DNA of 64,000 bases from the NCBI GenBank assembly GCA_963790305.1, contig CAWBOC010000010.1, positions 160,001-224,000 on the forward strand, written 5' to 3'. Positions 1 to 10,634 of this stretch are shown here, piece by piece. The notes below the pieces were generated by a model. The model worked only from the letters and a program-made list of their open reading frames with translations, ran no database searches and was not told the DNA's origin. The position numbers were made by a program, and so were the translations under genes. Position 1 is the stretch's first letter. Each line of letters opens with the position of its first letter. This DNA is from an uncultured Gemmatimonadaceae bacterium. GTDB lineage: Bacteria > Gemmatimonadota > Gemmatimonadetes > Gemmatimonadales > Gemmatimonadaceae.

Positions 1-1
1 G

Positions 2-2059
2 ACCCGCTACTACGTCAACGGCACGTGGACCGAGGAGGACGGGATTCAACGTGGCGAGGCGTCCAGTCGCCGCGGAGCGCGCGTGAACATCACGCAGCAG
101 GTTCGGCCGCGCCTGACGCTCGACCTCGGCGCGAACTTCGTGAATACCCACAACGATTTCCTCGTCAACGGCGAGGGGACGGGCGTGTTGACGGCATTTC
201 TGTTCAACCCGACCACCTATGATCCGCGCCCGGTCTCCGGGGTGTATCCGTTTGGCCCTGTGCTGAATCCAAATCCACTCCTCGCGATTGCTCGGTTCAA
301 GCACCCGCAGGACATCAACCGGTTCATCGGCAGCGCGCAGGCGCGATGGAACCCGCTCGACCGGCTGACGGTGAGCTACACGTTTGGGTACGACGGCTAC
401 TCCCTCGAGCAGAGTGAGTTTTTCCCGCGTGGCGCCTTCCCGCCCCCTGCCACCGCGCAGACCGGACTGGCATCGAACGGCATCAACAACTCGCGCATTC
501 TCAACCAGGATGCCGTCGCCAACTATCTGTTCGACTGGAATGACTTCCAGCTCACGACGAGCGGCGGCGTCAACTACACGCATCAGCGCATTCGCAATAC
601 GCTCGCGACGTCCACGAACCTGATTCCGGTCGTCGAAGTCGTGAGCGGGGGCGCGACTCCCGCGGCGACGCAAAGCATCGTCGAGCTCAAGACGTTCGGG
701 TTCTACGCGCAGGAGCAGATCGGATGGCGCGACCGCCTGTTCCTCACCGGCGCCGTTCGCTGGGACGCCTCGTCCACGTTCGGTCCCGACGAGCGGTGGC
801 AGGTGTTCCCCAAGGCCTCGCTGTCGTACGTGGTCTCGGAGGATGACTGGTTCCGCGGCCTCGTCTCCGAGGGCACGGTGAGCTCACTGCGCCTTCGCAC
901 CGCGTTAGGCTACGCCGGGAATCAGCCGTCGGTGCTGAACGCGTACTCCCGCTTCGACGACTACGTCGCCGCCACGTTCGACAGCAAGCCCGGCGTCGTG
1001 AATAGCGTGACTCTCGGCAACGCCAGCCTCAAGCCCGAGCGGCAGCGGGAATGGGAGGTCGGTGCGGACATGGGCCTCTTGAACGATCGCATCTCGCTCG
1101 AGGTGACGTACTACGACAAGCTGGTGAGCGATCTCCTGTTCTTCCGGCCAGTCGCCACGAGCACGGGCTACTCTCGGCAGTTCTCCGCGATTGGCGCGAT
1201 GAGCAACAAGGGGTGGGAGGTGTTGGCCCGGACGATCAACATGGATCAGCCGAACTTTCGCTGGGACATGACGGCGGTCTATACGCGGAACCGCAATCTC
1301 GTCGAGCGACTCGACATCCCCAGCTTCCAGTCGGCGACGGGCTATCCGAACCGCATTCGTCAGGGCGATCCGGTCGGCATCTTCTATGGTGTGTACGCCG
1401 TGCGCAATTGCCAGACGGGTGCTTTCCTCCTCGACTCGCTCGGCCGCTTGCGGCCCAGCACCAGCCTCCCGGCCGACGTCGCGCAGCGCCGCGCGATGGC
1501 CGGCGGCAACTGCGCCGATTCGGCGAACAGGGTGCTTGGCGATCCGAATCCCGACTGGGTCGGCTCGCTGCTCAACGAGTTCCAGGTCGGCAAAGCGCTC
1601 CGCATGCGCGTGCTGCTCGATGGCAGCTTCGGCAACGACGTCATGAACCTGTCGCGCCGCATTCGCGATTTGGGCACGGCCCTCAACAGCCCGGAAAACG
1701 AAACCGAGTTTCTGCCCTACGGCGATCCGCGCAAGCTGCCCCCGGGCTACTTCGCGCGCCGCCTCGGCATCTTCAGCGAGTACGTGGAAGACGGCTCGTT
1801 CGTGAAGCTTCGGGAGGTCTCCGCGACCTACACGTTCACGCAGCCCGTTGTGACGCGCTACTTCTCCGATGGGATCGAGCTCACACTGAGCGGACGCAAC
1901 CTCTACACGTGGTCGGACTACTCCGGGTACGATCCAGAAGGGAACCTGTTCGGGCAGAACGCTCCAGGGCTCACGACGACCGCGGCGGATCGTGGCTTCG
2001 ACTTCGCCGGGGTCCCCATTCCTCGCACCTGGTCCGCGAGCCTGCGGTTCACCTACTGA
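2..2059 (+). CDS. SusC/RagA-family TonB-dependent outer membrane receptor (5' part outside window)
   Basis: Frame open from position 2; SusC motifs 'RWDASSTFG..ERWQVFPKASLSY', 'LKPERQREWEVG', 'VEDGSFVKLREVS', 'YSGYDPE'; terminal aromatic beta-strand 'SLRFTY'. Confidence 0.93.
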   Translation, partial: TRYYVNGTWTEEDGIQRGEASSRRGARVNITQQVRPRLTLDLGANFVNTHNDFLVNGEGTGVLTAFLFNPTTYDPRPVSGVYPFGPVLNPNPLLAIARFKHPQDINRFIGSAQARWNPLDRLTVSYTFGYDGYSLEQSEFFPRGAFPPPATAQTGLASNGINNSRILNQDAVANYLFDWNDFQLTTSGGVNYTHQRIRNTLATSTNLIPVVEVVSGGATPAATQSIVELKTFGFYAQEQIGWRDRLFLTGAVRWDASSTFGPDERWQVFPKASLSYVVSEDDWFRGLVSEGTVSSLRLRTALGYAGNQPSVLNAYSRFDDYVAATFDSKPGVVNSVTLGNASLKPERQREWEVGADMGLLNDRISLEVTYYDKLVSDLLFFRPVATSTGYSRQFSAIGAMSNKGWEVLARTINMDQPNFRWDMTAVYTRNRNLVERLDIPSFQSATGYPNRIRQGDPVGIFYGVYAVRNCQTGAFLLDSLGRLRPSTSLPADVAQRRAMAGGNCADSANRVLGDPNPDWVGSLLNEFQVGKALRMRVLLDGSFGNDVMNLSRRIRDLGTALNSPENETEFLPYGDPRKLPPGYFARRLGIFSEYVEDGSFVKLREVSATYTFTQPVVTRYFSDGIELTLSGRNLYTWSDYSGYDPEGNLFGQNAPGLTTTAADRGFDFAGVPIPRTWSASLRFTY

Positions 2060-2070
2060 GCGGAGACGAC

Positions 2071-3402
2071 ATGCGACAGTATTTCGCGAAGGCGCTGCTC
2101 GCGAGCTCCCTCGGGCTCGTAGCATGCGACCTCGACACGACCAATCCGAACTCACCGACGCAGGAGACGGTCGTCGCCGACGCCGAAGGGCTCATGGCGT
2201 TAGGCGTCGGCCTGCAGCTCCGGTTCGGAAACTCGACCGGCAGCTTCATCTACTCGGCTGGGCTGCTGACGACGGAGCTCGGCGCGATCTTGACGGCGTT
2301 CTCCACGATCTCGGACGCCGAGGGCGGAACGGTTCCTCCCGGAGCAGCGATCACGGGGGATGTCTGGAGCTTGAGCTACCGCACCGTCAAGACGGCGAAC
2401 GACATCATCTTCAACGCGCCCAACGTCGTGATGCCGCGAGGCACGCGAAGCGGCCTTCTCGGCCTGGCGTACCTGTTCAAGGCCGGCGCGCTCGGTGAGC
2501 TGCTGCAGGGATATGAAGAGCTCCCCATCGATACGTACAACAACCCGACACCGGAGTTCGTCGACCGCGCGACCGCGCTCGCGTACGTGCTCGCGCTGCT
2601 CGACTCGGCGCAGCTCGCCTATCGGGATACGGTACCGAGTGCGCAGTTCACGTCGCAGGTGCTGGCGACCGGCCTCGACATTCCGAACACGATTCTCGCC
2701 TATAAGGCGCGCTATCGGCGGCTGGCCGGGAACTGGGCGGGCGCGCTCGCTGCCGCTGACTCGGTGAGCCGCACGGTGTTCTCGCGCCTCCCGTTCTCGG
2801 CGCAGGCAGTGAATCCGCTGTTCAACGTCGCCACGGGCTCGTCGGGGGTGTTGCCGCGCGATGCCTATCGAGCAGACCCGCTCGAGGTGCAGCGCACCGC
2901 GTTCTTTGTGCGGGATACGGCGATCACGGGACGCATCGGCACCCCGCTCGATGCGTGGGTGGTGTTCGCGGCGAACACATCGTCGATTCCTGCGTACTAT
3001 CCCGATGAAGTGTTGCTCATCAAGGCGGAAGCGCTCGTCAGGCTTTCGCGCTTGACTGAGGCGCAGGCGGTGGTCGACTCGGTTCGCACCGACTGTCCGG
3101 GTGCTGGCCGCGTCACGGCGGATCCCGGTCCCTGCCTCGCGCCGCTGGCCGGTGTCCTCACCGCTCCGCAGCTCATCACGGAGATCTACCGCAATCGCCG
3201 CTATGAGCTGTTCGCCACCGGACTGCGCTGGGAAGATCTGCGACGCCTGGGGCAAGTGGGCGCGACGTCGATCGCGAAGCGGTGCTGGTTGCCGTACCCG
3301 GTAGGGGAACGGAACGCGAATCCCGCGAACGTTCCTCCCGATCCCGAAGGCACCGAGCCACCGGCGGACAACGACGAGTGCGCGTCACTCGTGCAGCCAT
3401 GA
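2071..3402 (+). CDS. RagB/SusD-family nutrient-uptake outer membrane lipoprotein
   Basis: ATG 2071 after GGAG; lipobox 'LGLVAC'; SusD motifs 'EVLLIKAEAL', 'RRYELFATGLRWEDLRR', 'LPYPVGERNAN'; directly follows susC. Confidence 0.9.
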   Translation: MRQYFAKALLASSLGLVACDLDTTNPNSPTQETVVADAEGLMALGVGLQLRFGNSTGSFIYSAGLLTTELGAILTAFSTISDAEGGTVPPGAAITGDVWSLSYRTVKTANDIIFNAPNVVMPRGTRSGLLGLAYLFKAGALGELLQGYEELPIDTYNNPTPEFVDRATALAYVLALLDSAQLAYRDTVPSAQFTSQVLATGLDIPNTILAYKARYRRLAGNWAGALAAADSVSRTVFSRLPFSAQAVNPLFNVATGSSGVLPRDAYRADPLEVQRTAFFVRDTAITGRIGTPLDAWVVFAANTSSIPAYYPDEVLLIKAEALVRLSRLTEAQAVVDSVRTDCPGAGRVTADPGPCLAPLAGVLTAPQLITEIYRNRRYELFATGLRWEDLRRLGQVGATSIAKRCWLPYPVGERNANPANVPPDPEGTEPPADNDECASLVQP

Positions 3403-3473
3403 CATTCCATCAACGCGGTGTCCGTCGCAGCGATGAACGCGTGCACCGCTTACCGACGATTCGAGGATTGGTG

Positions 3474-4229
3474 ATGCGATTTCGCTCTTTCGCGCTGCTG
3501 AGCGTCGTGGTCGCGCTCACAGCCTGCGGGACCGATGAAGTAGGCCCGACCGGTGTGGTGCCGACGCAGCCCACTGGTCGCTTCAGGTTCGTTCACGCGA
3601 TCTCCGATCCGCCGCGCGCGAGTGCCGTCAACGTCACCGTCGATGGCGTCCCGGTGGCGGTGAGCATCGTGTATGCGGGAACCGCGACGACCACGGCGTT
3701 GCCGAATCCTGGCGTGGCTCCCGCGCCGCCGACGCTGTATTACCCGGCCTACGCCGGCAATCGGCAGTTTGCGGTTCGGCGCACGGCGGACACGACCGTC
3801 CATCTGCTGGATGCGGCGGTTCCGATTGCCGCCGACGCCGATCACACGGTCCTCGCGGTCGGGTCGGCGACGATCTCGGCGCTGGTGTTGACCGACAACA
3901 ACGCGGCGCCGGCGGCGGGGAATGTGAAGGTGCGCGCCGTCAACGCCGCGACGGTGGCGGGGAACGTGGACGTCTACGTCACCGCGCCCGGCGCAGACAT
4001 CGCGGCGATCGCCCCGACCTTCGCCGGTGTGGCGCCTCGCACTGCTTCGGGATATCTCGAGCGTGCCGCGGGCGCGATTCAGGTTCGCTTTACCACCGCG
4101 GGAACGAAGACGGTGATCCGGGATGTCTCGCTCGGAACCCTTGCTGCCGGTACGATCCGTACCGTGGTGCTGCTCGAGGCGGCGGCCGGCGGGACGCCGC
4201 TGACGTCATCGGTGCTCACCGACCGCTAG
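3474..4229 (+). CDS. DUF4397-like lipoprotein
   Basis: Lipobox 'ALTAC'; repeated 'RFRFVHA...AVNVTVDG' / 'KVRAVNA...NVDVYV' beta-sandwich units typical of DUF4397; third gene of the susCD locus. Confidence 0.75.
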   Translation: MRFRSFALLSVVVALTACGTDEVGPTGVVPTQPTGRFRFVHAISDPPRASAVNVTVDGVPVAVSIVYAGTATTTALPNPGVAPAPPTLYYPAYAGNRQFAVRRTADTTVHLLDAAVPIAADADHTVLAVGSATISALVLTDNNAAPAAGNVKVRAVNAATVAGNVDVYVTAPGADIAAIAPTFAGVAPRTASGYLERAAGAIQVRFTTAGTKTVIRDVSLGTLAAGTIRTVVLLEAAAGGTPLTSSVLTDR

Positions 4230-4288
4230 GACGCCGGCGTGTAACGACCCTCGCCGTCGCCGGTTAGCCCGGGAAAAACCTAACGAGG

Positions 4289-4324
4289 ACCAGCGGAGCG
4301 TGACGTATGTCACGCTCCGCTGGT
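4289..4324. terminator. Perfect 16-bp inverted repeat, possible terminator or processing hairpin
   Basis: accagcggagcgtgac-gtat-gtcacgctccgctggt, 60 nt after the DUF4397 stop; no U-tract. Confidence 0.45.
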
Positions 4325-4517
4325 ACGCATCCGTACGCAGTCCGCTATCGTACACGGCGGCACGCGAAGGGTATGCTCGTTGCGCACGGACCGTCCCTCA
4401 CAATCGAACGCGCAGAACTGGTAGACGGCATGACAGCGGTCACTCGTTCCCGGTGACGACGGCTGCTCCGCGCCGCCTAACAGTCACTGCTGTCACCATT
4501 CTCGTGAGGATTCCACC

Positions 4518-5132
4518 ATGAGATCGCGCGCTCTACTCCCGGTCTTCGCGGCAGCAATGGTTCTCGTCGCCTGCGACGATCGGCCGACCGGACCAGGGAA
4601 CGACCTCGCCGATGACGCGGCACTCCGCAGCACCAACACCCAGTCGTTCGGTCCGCTGGTTCTGCCGGCGACCGGTACGCTCGCCGATGGCGGCTCGTTC
4701 GTCGGTGAAGTCGAGATTCGTCGGATCGACGTCGACCATGTGACTGGAGTCTTCACGATCCGCGGTCTGCTGCAAGGCAAGGCGACGACGGCCAATGGCA
4801 AGCAGAAGAACATCAGGCAGGAGTTCAGCACGCCGACGACGATCAGCTCGGGCGTCGCCGCGGCGCTGGGGGTGCAGGACGTCCAGCTCCAGCAGGCCAT
4901 TGCCTGCGATGTGCTCAACCTCGACCTCGGGCCGTTGCATCTCGATGTGCTCGGGCTCGTCGTGGACCTCGCGCCCGTGGTGCTCGACATTACGGCCGTC
5001 CCCGGACCGGGCAACTTGTTAGGCAACCTGCTGTGCGCAGTGGTGAGCTTGCTCGACTTCCCGGCGCTCCTGGGCGTGATCGGCCAGATTCTCGACGCGA
5101 TCAACCAGATTCTGGGCGGACTGGGGGGCTGA
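4518..5132 (+). CDS. Secreted lipoprotein of unknown function
   Basis: GAGGA RBS; lipobox 'VLVAC'; conserved-looking C-terminus 'ACDVLNLDLGPLHLDVLGL...GNLLGNLLCAV'. Confidence 0.75.
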   Translation: MRSRALLPVFAAAMVLVACDDRPTGPGNDLADDAALRSTNTQSFGPLVLPATGTLADGGSFVGEVEIRRIDVDHVTGVFTIRGLLQGKATTANGKQKNIRQEFSTPTTISSGVAAALGVQDVQLQQAIACDVLNLDLGPLHLDVLGLVVDLAPVVLDITAVPGPGNLLGNLLCAVVSLLDFPALLGVIGQILDAINQILGGLGG

Positions 5133-5142
5133 TAGTGCTGCA

Positions 5143-5235
5143 GAGGTGATCGAGGGTGTCGAGGTCGTCGAGGTGATCCAGGGGAACTGCTGTCACCTTG
5201 ATTACCTCGACAGCCTCGACGACCTCGGCTACCTC
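5143..5235. repeat. Inverted array of 9-nt tandem repeats (GAGGTNNTC-type)
   Basis: Left arm gaggtgatc gagggtgtc gaggtcgtc gaggtgatc; right arm gattacctc gacagcctc gacgacctc ggctacctc; right arm contains the GH18 stop codon. Confidence 0.85.
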
Positions 5236-6263
5236 CGCAACACATCCCAGATCCGCTCGTCCTCCTGCCCCAGCACCCACACCGAGAATCCGCGAAGCTT
5301 TTTCTCCTGCGCCAGGGCCAGCTTTGCGCGGAAGCTCCGCTCGTCCTCGAGAAAGAGCCATTCGAACGTGCCGCCGTTCTCGAACGAGCCGTACGTGACG
5401 GCCTGGGTGGAATCCCACATCAGGCGCGCGCCGTAGCGCGCTGCCATTCCCGAGCCCCACGTCCACGTCACCGTCTCCGCCCACGAGCGCGCGCGCTCCG
5501 GGAGGGTATTGTCCTCCCGCGTGAAGAAATGCAGTCCCTGAGACGGAATACCTAACGACACCTTGTTCGCCGGGACCGAGCGGAGCACGTAGTCCACCAC
5601 CGATCGCATCCAGGGGATTCCAGCCTGTGGCCCCGGCGTCGTGCGGCGCGTGTGCTGGCTGTAGGTCATGATCGTCACGAAGTCGCCGAGTCGTCCCAGC
5701 GCGGCGAGGTCATACGCTGCGCGCCAGCTGTCGAACAGGAACCGGTGATAGCTGAGGGGCCCGGCAAGCTCGGTGGGGCGGTGGACCACGGCGATGCTGA
5801 TCGTGCAGCCGGCGGCCCGCAGCGCACGCGCCGCCTCGCCGTACCAGGTCGTCAGCCGGTCGCGATCATCAATGTGCACATTCTCGATGTCGAACTGCCA
5901 ACCCCAGTAGCGATGCTGTCGGCACTCGTCGGCCATCGCCCGCGTGGCGCGATGGCGAGCGGTCGTGTCCGCCAGCAGTCGGCGTAGCGACGGCTGATGG
6001 AAGCTCTCGTTCACGAGTAGCGGCATCACCTTCACGTTGCGCTCCCGCGCCAGCTCGAGCACCCGGCGGTCGACGCTTCCCCACAGAATCCCGAGGCTGT
6101 CCACCCGATACCCGCCGACGCCGAGGACGTCAATGCGGTCGGCGTGCTTGACGAAGGCGTCATAGCTGTCCTCGCGATCGACATAATAGAAAAGGCGCTC
6201 GAGTGCCGGCTGCGCCTGGAGCGTGATGGGGATCAGAAGGGCGAGGTGGAGCAGAGAACGCAT
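5229..6263 (-). CDS. Glycoside hydrolase family 18 protein (chitinase/YaaH-like), secreted
   Basis: Signal peptide; 'WGWQFDIEN' catalytic DxE motif; 'IMTYSQH'; 'KKLRGFSVWVLGQED'. Confidence 0.85.
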   Translation of the reverse strand: MRSLLHLALLIPITLQAQPALERLFYYVDREDSYDAFVKHADRIDVLGVGGYRVDSLGILWGSVDRRVLELARERNVKVMPLLVNESFHQPSLRRLLADTTARHRATRAMADECRQHRYWGWQFDIENVHIDDRDRLTTWYGEAARALRAAGCTISIAVVHRPTELAGPLSYHRFLFDSWRAAYDLAALGRLGDFVTIMTYSQHTRRTTPGPQAGIPWMRSVVDYVLRSVPANKVSLGIPSQGLHFFTREDNTLPERARSWAETVTWTWGSGMAARYGARLMWDSTQAVTYGSFENGGTFEWLFLEDERSFRAKLALAQEKKLRGFSVWVLGQEDERIWDVLRR

Positions 6264-6424
6264 CGGGATATCCTCGGAGGGGGGTCGCCAGGTGACCAAT
6301 GCTAGCGGTCGGGCGGTCCGGGAGTAAGGATGTGACAGTGGTGCGCCGATTGCGGAGGGGCTGTTCTGCCGCACCCTACATAGTGAAAGCGACCTGGACC
6401 CGTCCTGTCGTATCGGAGGCGAGG

Positions 6425-9408
6425 ATGTCGGCTGTGCGACGCATTCACCGCGCGTCAGTACTGCTCAGCGCGGTGTTGTTTCTCTCCTGCAAGGACACTC
6501 CGACCACTAACCAGCAGCTGACGCGCGTCCCTGCGGCACTCGACATCGTCGCGGGAGACGGGCAGCAGGGTGTTGTCGGAGCCGAGCTCGCCAATCCGCT
6601 CGTCGTGCGGGTCGAGGACGCGAACGGCCTCCCGATCGTCGGTCAGCTGGTCAATTTTCGCGTAACGTCGGGCGGGGGCAGCGTCTTCGCCAGTGCTGGG
6701 CTCACCAACGCCCTCGGAATCGTGCAAGATCGGTGGACGCTCGGGACGTCGACCGCCGAGAGCCAGCGAGTCGAAGCGCGCGCCGTCGATCCGAATACCG
6801 GAGCGGCGATCGTGTTCGCGACCTTCAATGCCACTCCGCTTCCAGGGCCGGCGCACGCGGTGACGAAGACGGGCGGCGACGCGCAGACGGGGGCGCTTGG
6901 CGCGGCGCTGGCGGACTCGCTGGCGGTGCGAGTCGCAGATTCGTACGGGAACCCGGTGCCTGGAGTGACGGTCGTCTGGGCGGCGAGCGCCGGCAACGGC
7001 GCGGTGAGCCCCGCGACCTCGCAGACGAACGCCCAGGGAATCGCCAAGGCGCAATGGACGCTCGGGGCGCGCATGGACGTTCCGCATTCGGTTACGGCGA
7101 CACTCGCGACGCTCGCACCGGCCACCTTCAGCGTTACCGCCACGCTTCCATTGACCGCGACCATCGTAAAGGTGGCTGGCGATGGCACCACCGCGACTGT
7201 AGGCACCGCGATGGCGGAATCGCTCGCGGTGCGAGTGCAGTTGGCAGGGGGCCAGGTTGTCGCCGGTGCACAAGTGTCCTGGAATATCGCGAGCGGCGGT
7301 GGAAGCATTGCCCCCGCCAGTTCGGTGACACAAGCCGACGGCGTGACTCGGGCACGGCTCACTTTGGGCACGGGTGCAGGCGCGAATGTCGTGACGGCGG
7401 CTGCTTCGGGAGTCACGCCCGCGACCTTCACGGTGACAGGAAGCCCAGACGTCCCAGCCTCGCTGACAAAGATCAGCGGAGATGGGCAGACGGGCACCGT
7501 TGCTCAGCCCCTGTCGGCTCCGCTGGTCGTGCACGTGACCGACCGCTTCGGGAATAGCGTGCCTAACGCGACGGTCACGTGGACGGTGAGCGCCGGCGGA
7601 GGCAGTGTCGGGAACACCTCCGTGACCAATGCGGAAGGGCGCGCCACCATGCAATGGACCCTCGGCGGCTCCAGCGGAACTCAGCGCGTTAGGGCTTCGA
7701 TCGGGTCCGGGGCGGTTGAGTTTACGGCGACTGCGAATTCCGGCTCACTCGCGTCGGTGCGCGTTTCGCCTGACAGTCTTCGATTCGGCTCGCTCAACTC
7801 TTCGTCGAGGCTCACGGCGCGCGCGTTCGACCAGTTCGGCAACGAGCTGTCGGGTGTGACGTTCACGTGGTTCGGGCCGAATGGCGCCGTCGCCACGGTC
7901 GATGGCAGCGGGCTCGTGACGTCGAGAGGAAACGGGTCCACCTGGATTGGGGCCCGGAGTGGCTCGCTTGCCGATAGCACCCTCGTCACGGTGCGACAGG
8001 TGACATACCTCGTGCACGTGTCGCCACCTTCGGCCGGCGTCGTTGTCGGCGATACCACACGGTACGTGGGTACGCCAGTGGACACGGTCGGTCACCGCAT
8101 CCCCGATGCGACGATTTCCTGGACGACATCCAACGGAACCATCGCGACGGTCGATGGCACGGGGCTCGTTCGCGGCGTAACCGCCGGTGAAGCGTGGGTC
8201 GTTGCGCAAAGCGAGGGCGTGCGGGACAGTGCCCGCGTGATCGTTCTCGGGGCGCTGGTGGCGGAGCGTGTGTCAGCCGGATATTGGCACAACTGTGTCC
8301 TCGACAATGGGAATCGCGCGTTCTGTTGGGGAACGAACGCGTACGGACAACTCGGCAAGGGTACCACCGATGGAGAGGTTCATACGCCAGCGTTGGTCAT
8401 TGGCAATCACAACTTCGCGAGCATTGATGCGTCGGCACAGACGACATGCGCTCTGGAGGGAAGCACGCCGTATTGCTGGGGCAACACGGTCAACCCAGTC
8501 CCGGGTCTGCAACGCTCTGCAACTCCGATCGCGAGAGGCGAAGTTGCATTCACGCAGGTTACGCAGGGATTTTCCCACGCATGCGGCCTGACAGCGAGCG
8601 GGAAAGCCTACTGCTGGGGCGAGAATGATCGCGGCCAACTTGGCACCGATACCACGCGCAACGACTCCATCCCACAAGCGGTCGTCGGCAACCACACCTT
8701 TGCTTCGATTAGTGCCGGTGGACGACATACGTGCGCATTGACGCCTACGGGAGAGGCGTATTGCTGGGGCAACAATGACTATGGTGAGCTTGGAATCGGA
8801 TCCCGGGACGAATTTGGAGAACGGTGTTCTGTAACGTACCCATGTCGGAAACGGCCGACACTGGTGGCGGGGGGACTCGTGTTCTCTTCGATCAGCGCCG
8901 GAGAGATCCACACTTGCGCGATTCGAAGCGCGGACCGTGCGTTGTACTGCTGGGGACTGAACGACTATGGCCAACTCGGAACCGGCCCCGTCGTCGTCAA
9001 TTGCAGTAATCGCTTTGGCGGTACGTTCGCGTGTGAGGCATTCTCCGGTGGCAGTCGGCGACGGCCGAGCGTACGCGTCGGTGTCGGCGGGGTACTATCA
9101 GACCTGTGCGATAGCTGCCGACAATACGGGATTGTGTTGGGGACGAAACGAAGCCGGCCAACTCGGGCGGACGACCACAGAACAATGTACCGACGTGTCC
9201 GGGACGTTTACGCCCTGCGGTGTGACGCCGGGCGTCGTGAGTGGGGGATTGGTTTTCCGGGAGATTAGCTCCGGATATCTCCACGGCTGCGGCGTAACGG
9301 TCGCGCGCGAGATCTACTGTTGGGGCGATAACCAGTACGGCCAGCTTGGGACAGGGACGCGAACGCCGGGAGGGGTGACTCCTCGGCGCGTGGGTTTGGC
9401 GCCAGTAG
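6425..9408 (+). CDS. Large lipoprotein with Ig-like (Big/invasin) repeats and C-terminal RCC1 beta-propeller; frameshifted near 9035 and probably near 9405
   Basis: Lipobox 'LFLSC'; repeated 'GDGQ.G.VG..L..PLVVRV.D' units; RCC1 repeats 'AYCWG.N..GQLG'; RCC1 repeats continue in another frame after about 9035; end inferred at TAG 9406-9408 before a terminator. Confidence 0.75.
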
Positions 9409-9423
9409 CGCGGGCTGCACGCG

Positions 9424-9451
9424 AACGGGGCGCTCGAGAGAGCGCCCCGTT
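9424..9451. terminator. Probable bidirectional intrinsic terminator between convergent genes
   Basis: aacggggcgctc-gaga-gagcgccccgtt. Confidence 0.7.
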
Positions 9452-9458
9452 TCACATC

Positions 9459-10634
9459 TCACCCCGCCCGCGCCGACCGTTTCGCCGCCGGCCGCTTCGA
9501 TCGCTTGGGTTTCTTCCCGATCTGAATCGGCACGATGTCCGGCGGCGCCTCGGCGGCGATACCGCAGCCATCGACCGGCACCGGAATCCGCGGCTGCTTG
9601 TAGACGTACCGCTCGCCCGCGTAGTTCCGGAAGACCACCTCGTCGTCATTGATCTCCTCGACGTACTCGGGGAGCAACGGCACTTTGCCGCCGCCTCCTG
9701 GCGCGTCGATCACGAAGTGCGGCACCGCCAGCCCCGACGTCCATCCACGGAGTGCCTGGACGATCTCCAGACCCTTTTGCACCTGCGTCCGGAAATGCTC
9801 GCCCCCCGCCACCTGATCGGCCATATAGAGGTAATAGGGGCGGACCCGCGCCTTGAGGAGCTTCTGCATCAGCTCCTTCATGATCGCCGGGTCGTCGTTC
9901 ACCCCGCGGAGCAGTACCGTCTGGCAGCCTAACGGGACACCGGCCTCGGCCAGGCGCCCCAGTGCGGCCACCGCCGCCGGCGTCAGCTCCGAGGGATGGT
10001 TGAAGTGCGTGTTCATGTACACGGGGTGGTACTTCTTCACCATCTCACAGAACTCGGGTGTGATGCGCTCCGGAAGGTGAGAGGTTATTCGACTCCCGAT
10101 GCGGATGATCTCGACGTGCGGGATCGCCCGGAGATTCTGGAAGAGATACTCCAGCCGCCGGTCGCTCAGCATCATCGGGTCGCCGCCGGACATGATGACG
10201 TCGCGAATCTCGGGATGATTCCGGATGTACTCGAAGGCCGACTCGTATTGGTTGAGCGGGATCTTCTCCGGGTCACCCACCTTCCGCCGCCTCGTGCAGA
10301 ACCGGCAATAGCTCGCGCAGATCGGGCTGACGAGGAACAGCGCCCGATCCGGATAGCGATGCGTAATGTTCGGGACCGGCGAGTCGCCGTCCTCATCGAG
10401 TGAGTCGATCATTCCATCCTGGATGTCGAGCTCCTCGACGGTCGGCACGTACTGCTGCCACATTGGATCGCCGACTTCCTTGATCTGCTCGAGCACAGCC
10501 GGCGTCAGTCGCATCTGGAAGTTGTCGAACGCCGGCTTCAAGGCCTCGACGTCGATCACGTCATGGCCGAATCGCTCCGCCAGCTTTTCGAGACTGTCGA
10601 CTCCTTCCCGCAAGACTTGCTGCCATTCACTCAT
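9459..10634 (-). CDS. KamA-family radical SAM protein (lysine 2,3-aminomutase-like)
   Basis: 'HRYPDRAL', CxxxCxxC 'CASYCRFC', 'HFNHPSEL', 'QTVLLRGVND', PLP-lysine motif 'IDAPGGGGKVP'. Confidence 0.93.
   Translation of the reverse strand: MSEWQQVLREGVDSLEKLAERFGHDVIDVEALKPAFDNFQMRLTPAVLEQIKEVGDPMWQQYVPTVEELDIQDGMIDSLDEDGDSPVPNITHRYPDRALFLVSPICASYCRFCTRRRKVGDPEKIPLNQYESAFEYIRNHPEIRDVIMSGGDPMMLSDRRLEYLFQNLRAIPHVEIIRIGSRITSHLPERITPEFCEMVKKYHPVYMNTHFNHPSELTPAAVAALGRLAEAGVPLGCQTVLLRGVNDDPAIMKELMQKLLKARVRPYYLYMADQVAGGEHFRTQVQKGLEIVQALRGWTSGLAVPHFVIDAPGGGGKVPLLPEYVEEINDDEVVFRNYAGERYVYKQPRIPVPVDGCGIAAEAPPDIVPIQIGKKPKRSKRPAAKRSARAG

Noticed and set aside
1051..2070. 783-aa ORF extending SusD upstream over susC
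   Set aside because: The upstream part is an Arg-rich off-frame read of susC; the real start is ATG 2071 with RBS and lipobox.
9409..9932. RCC1 ORF extension overlapping kamA
   Set aside because: It runs through a terminator into antisense kamA; better explained by an indel just before TAG 9406.
9459..10634. EpmB (EF-P beta-lysylation) or lysine-fermentation KamA
   Set aside because: No efp/epmA or kamD/kamE/kdd/kce adjacent; it is coupled to a GNAT and ATP-grasp genes instead. Not excluded without a phylogeny.
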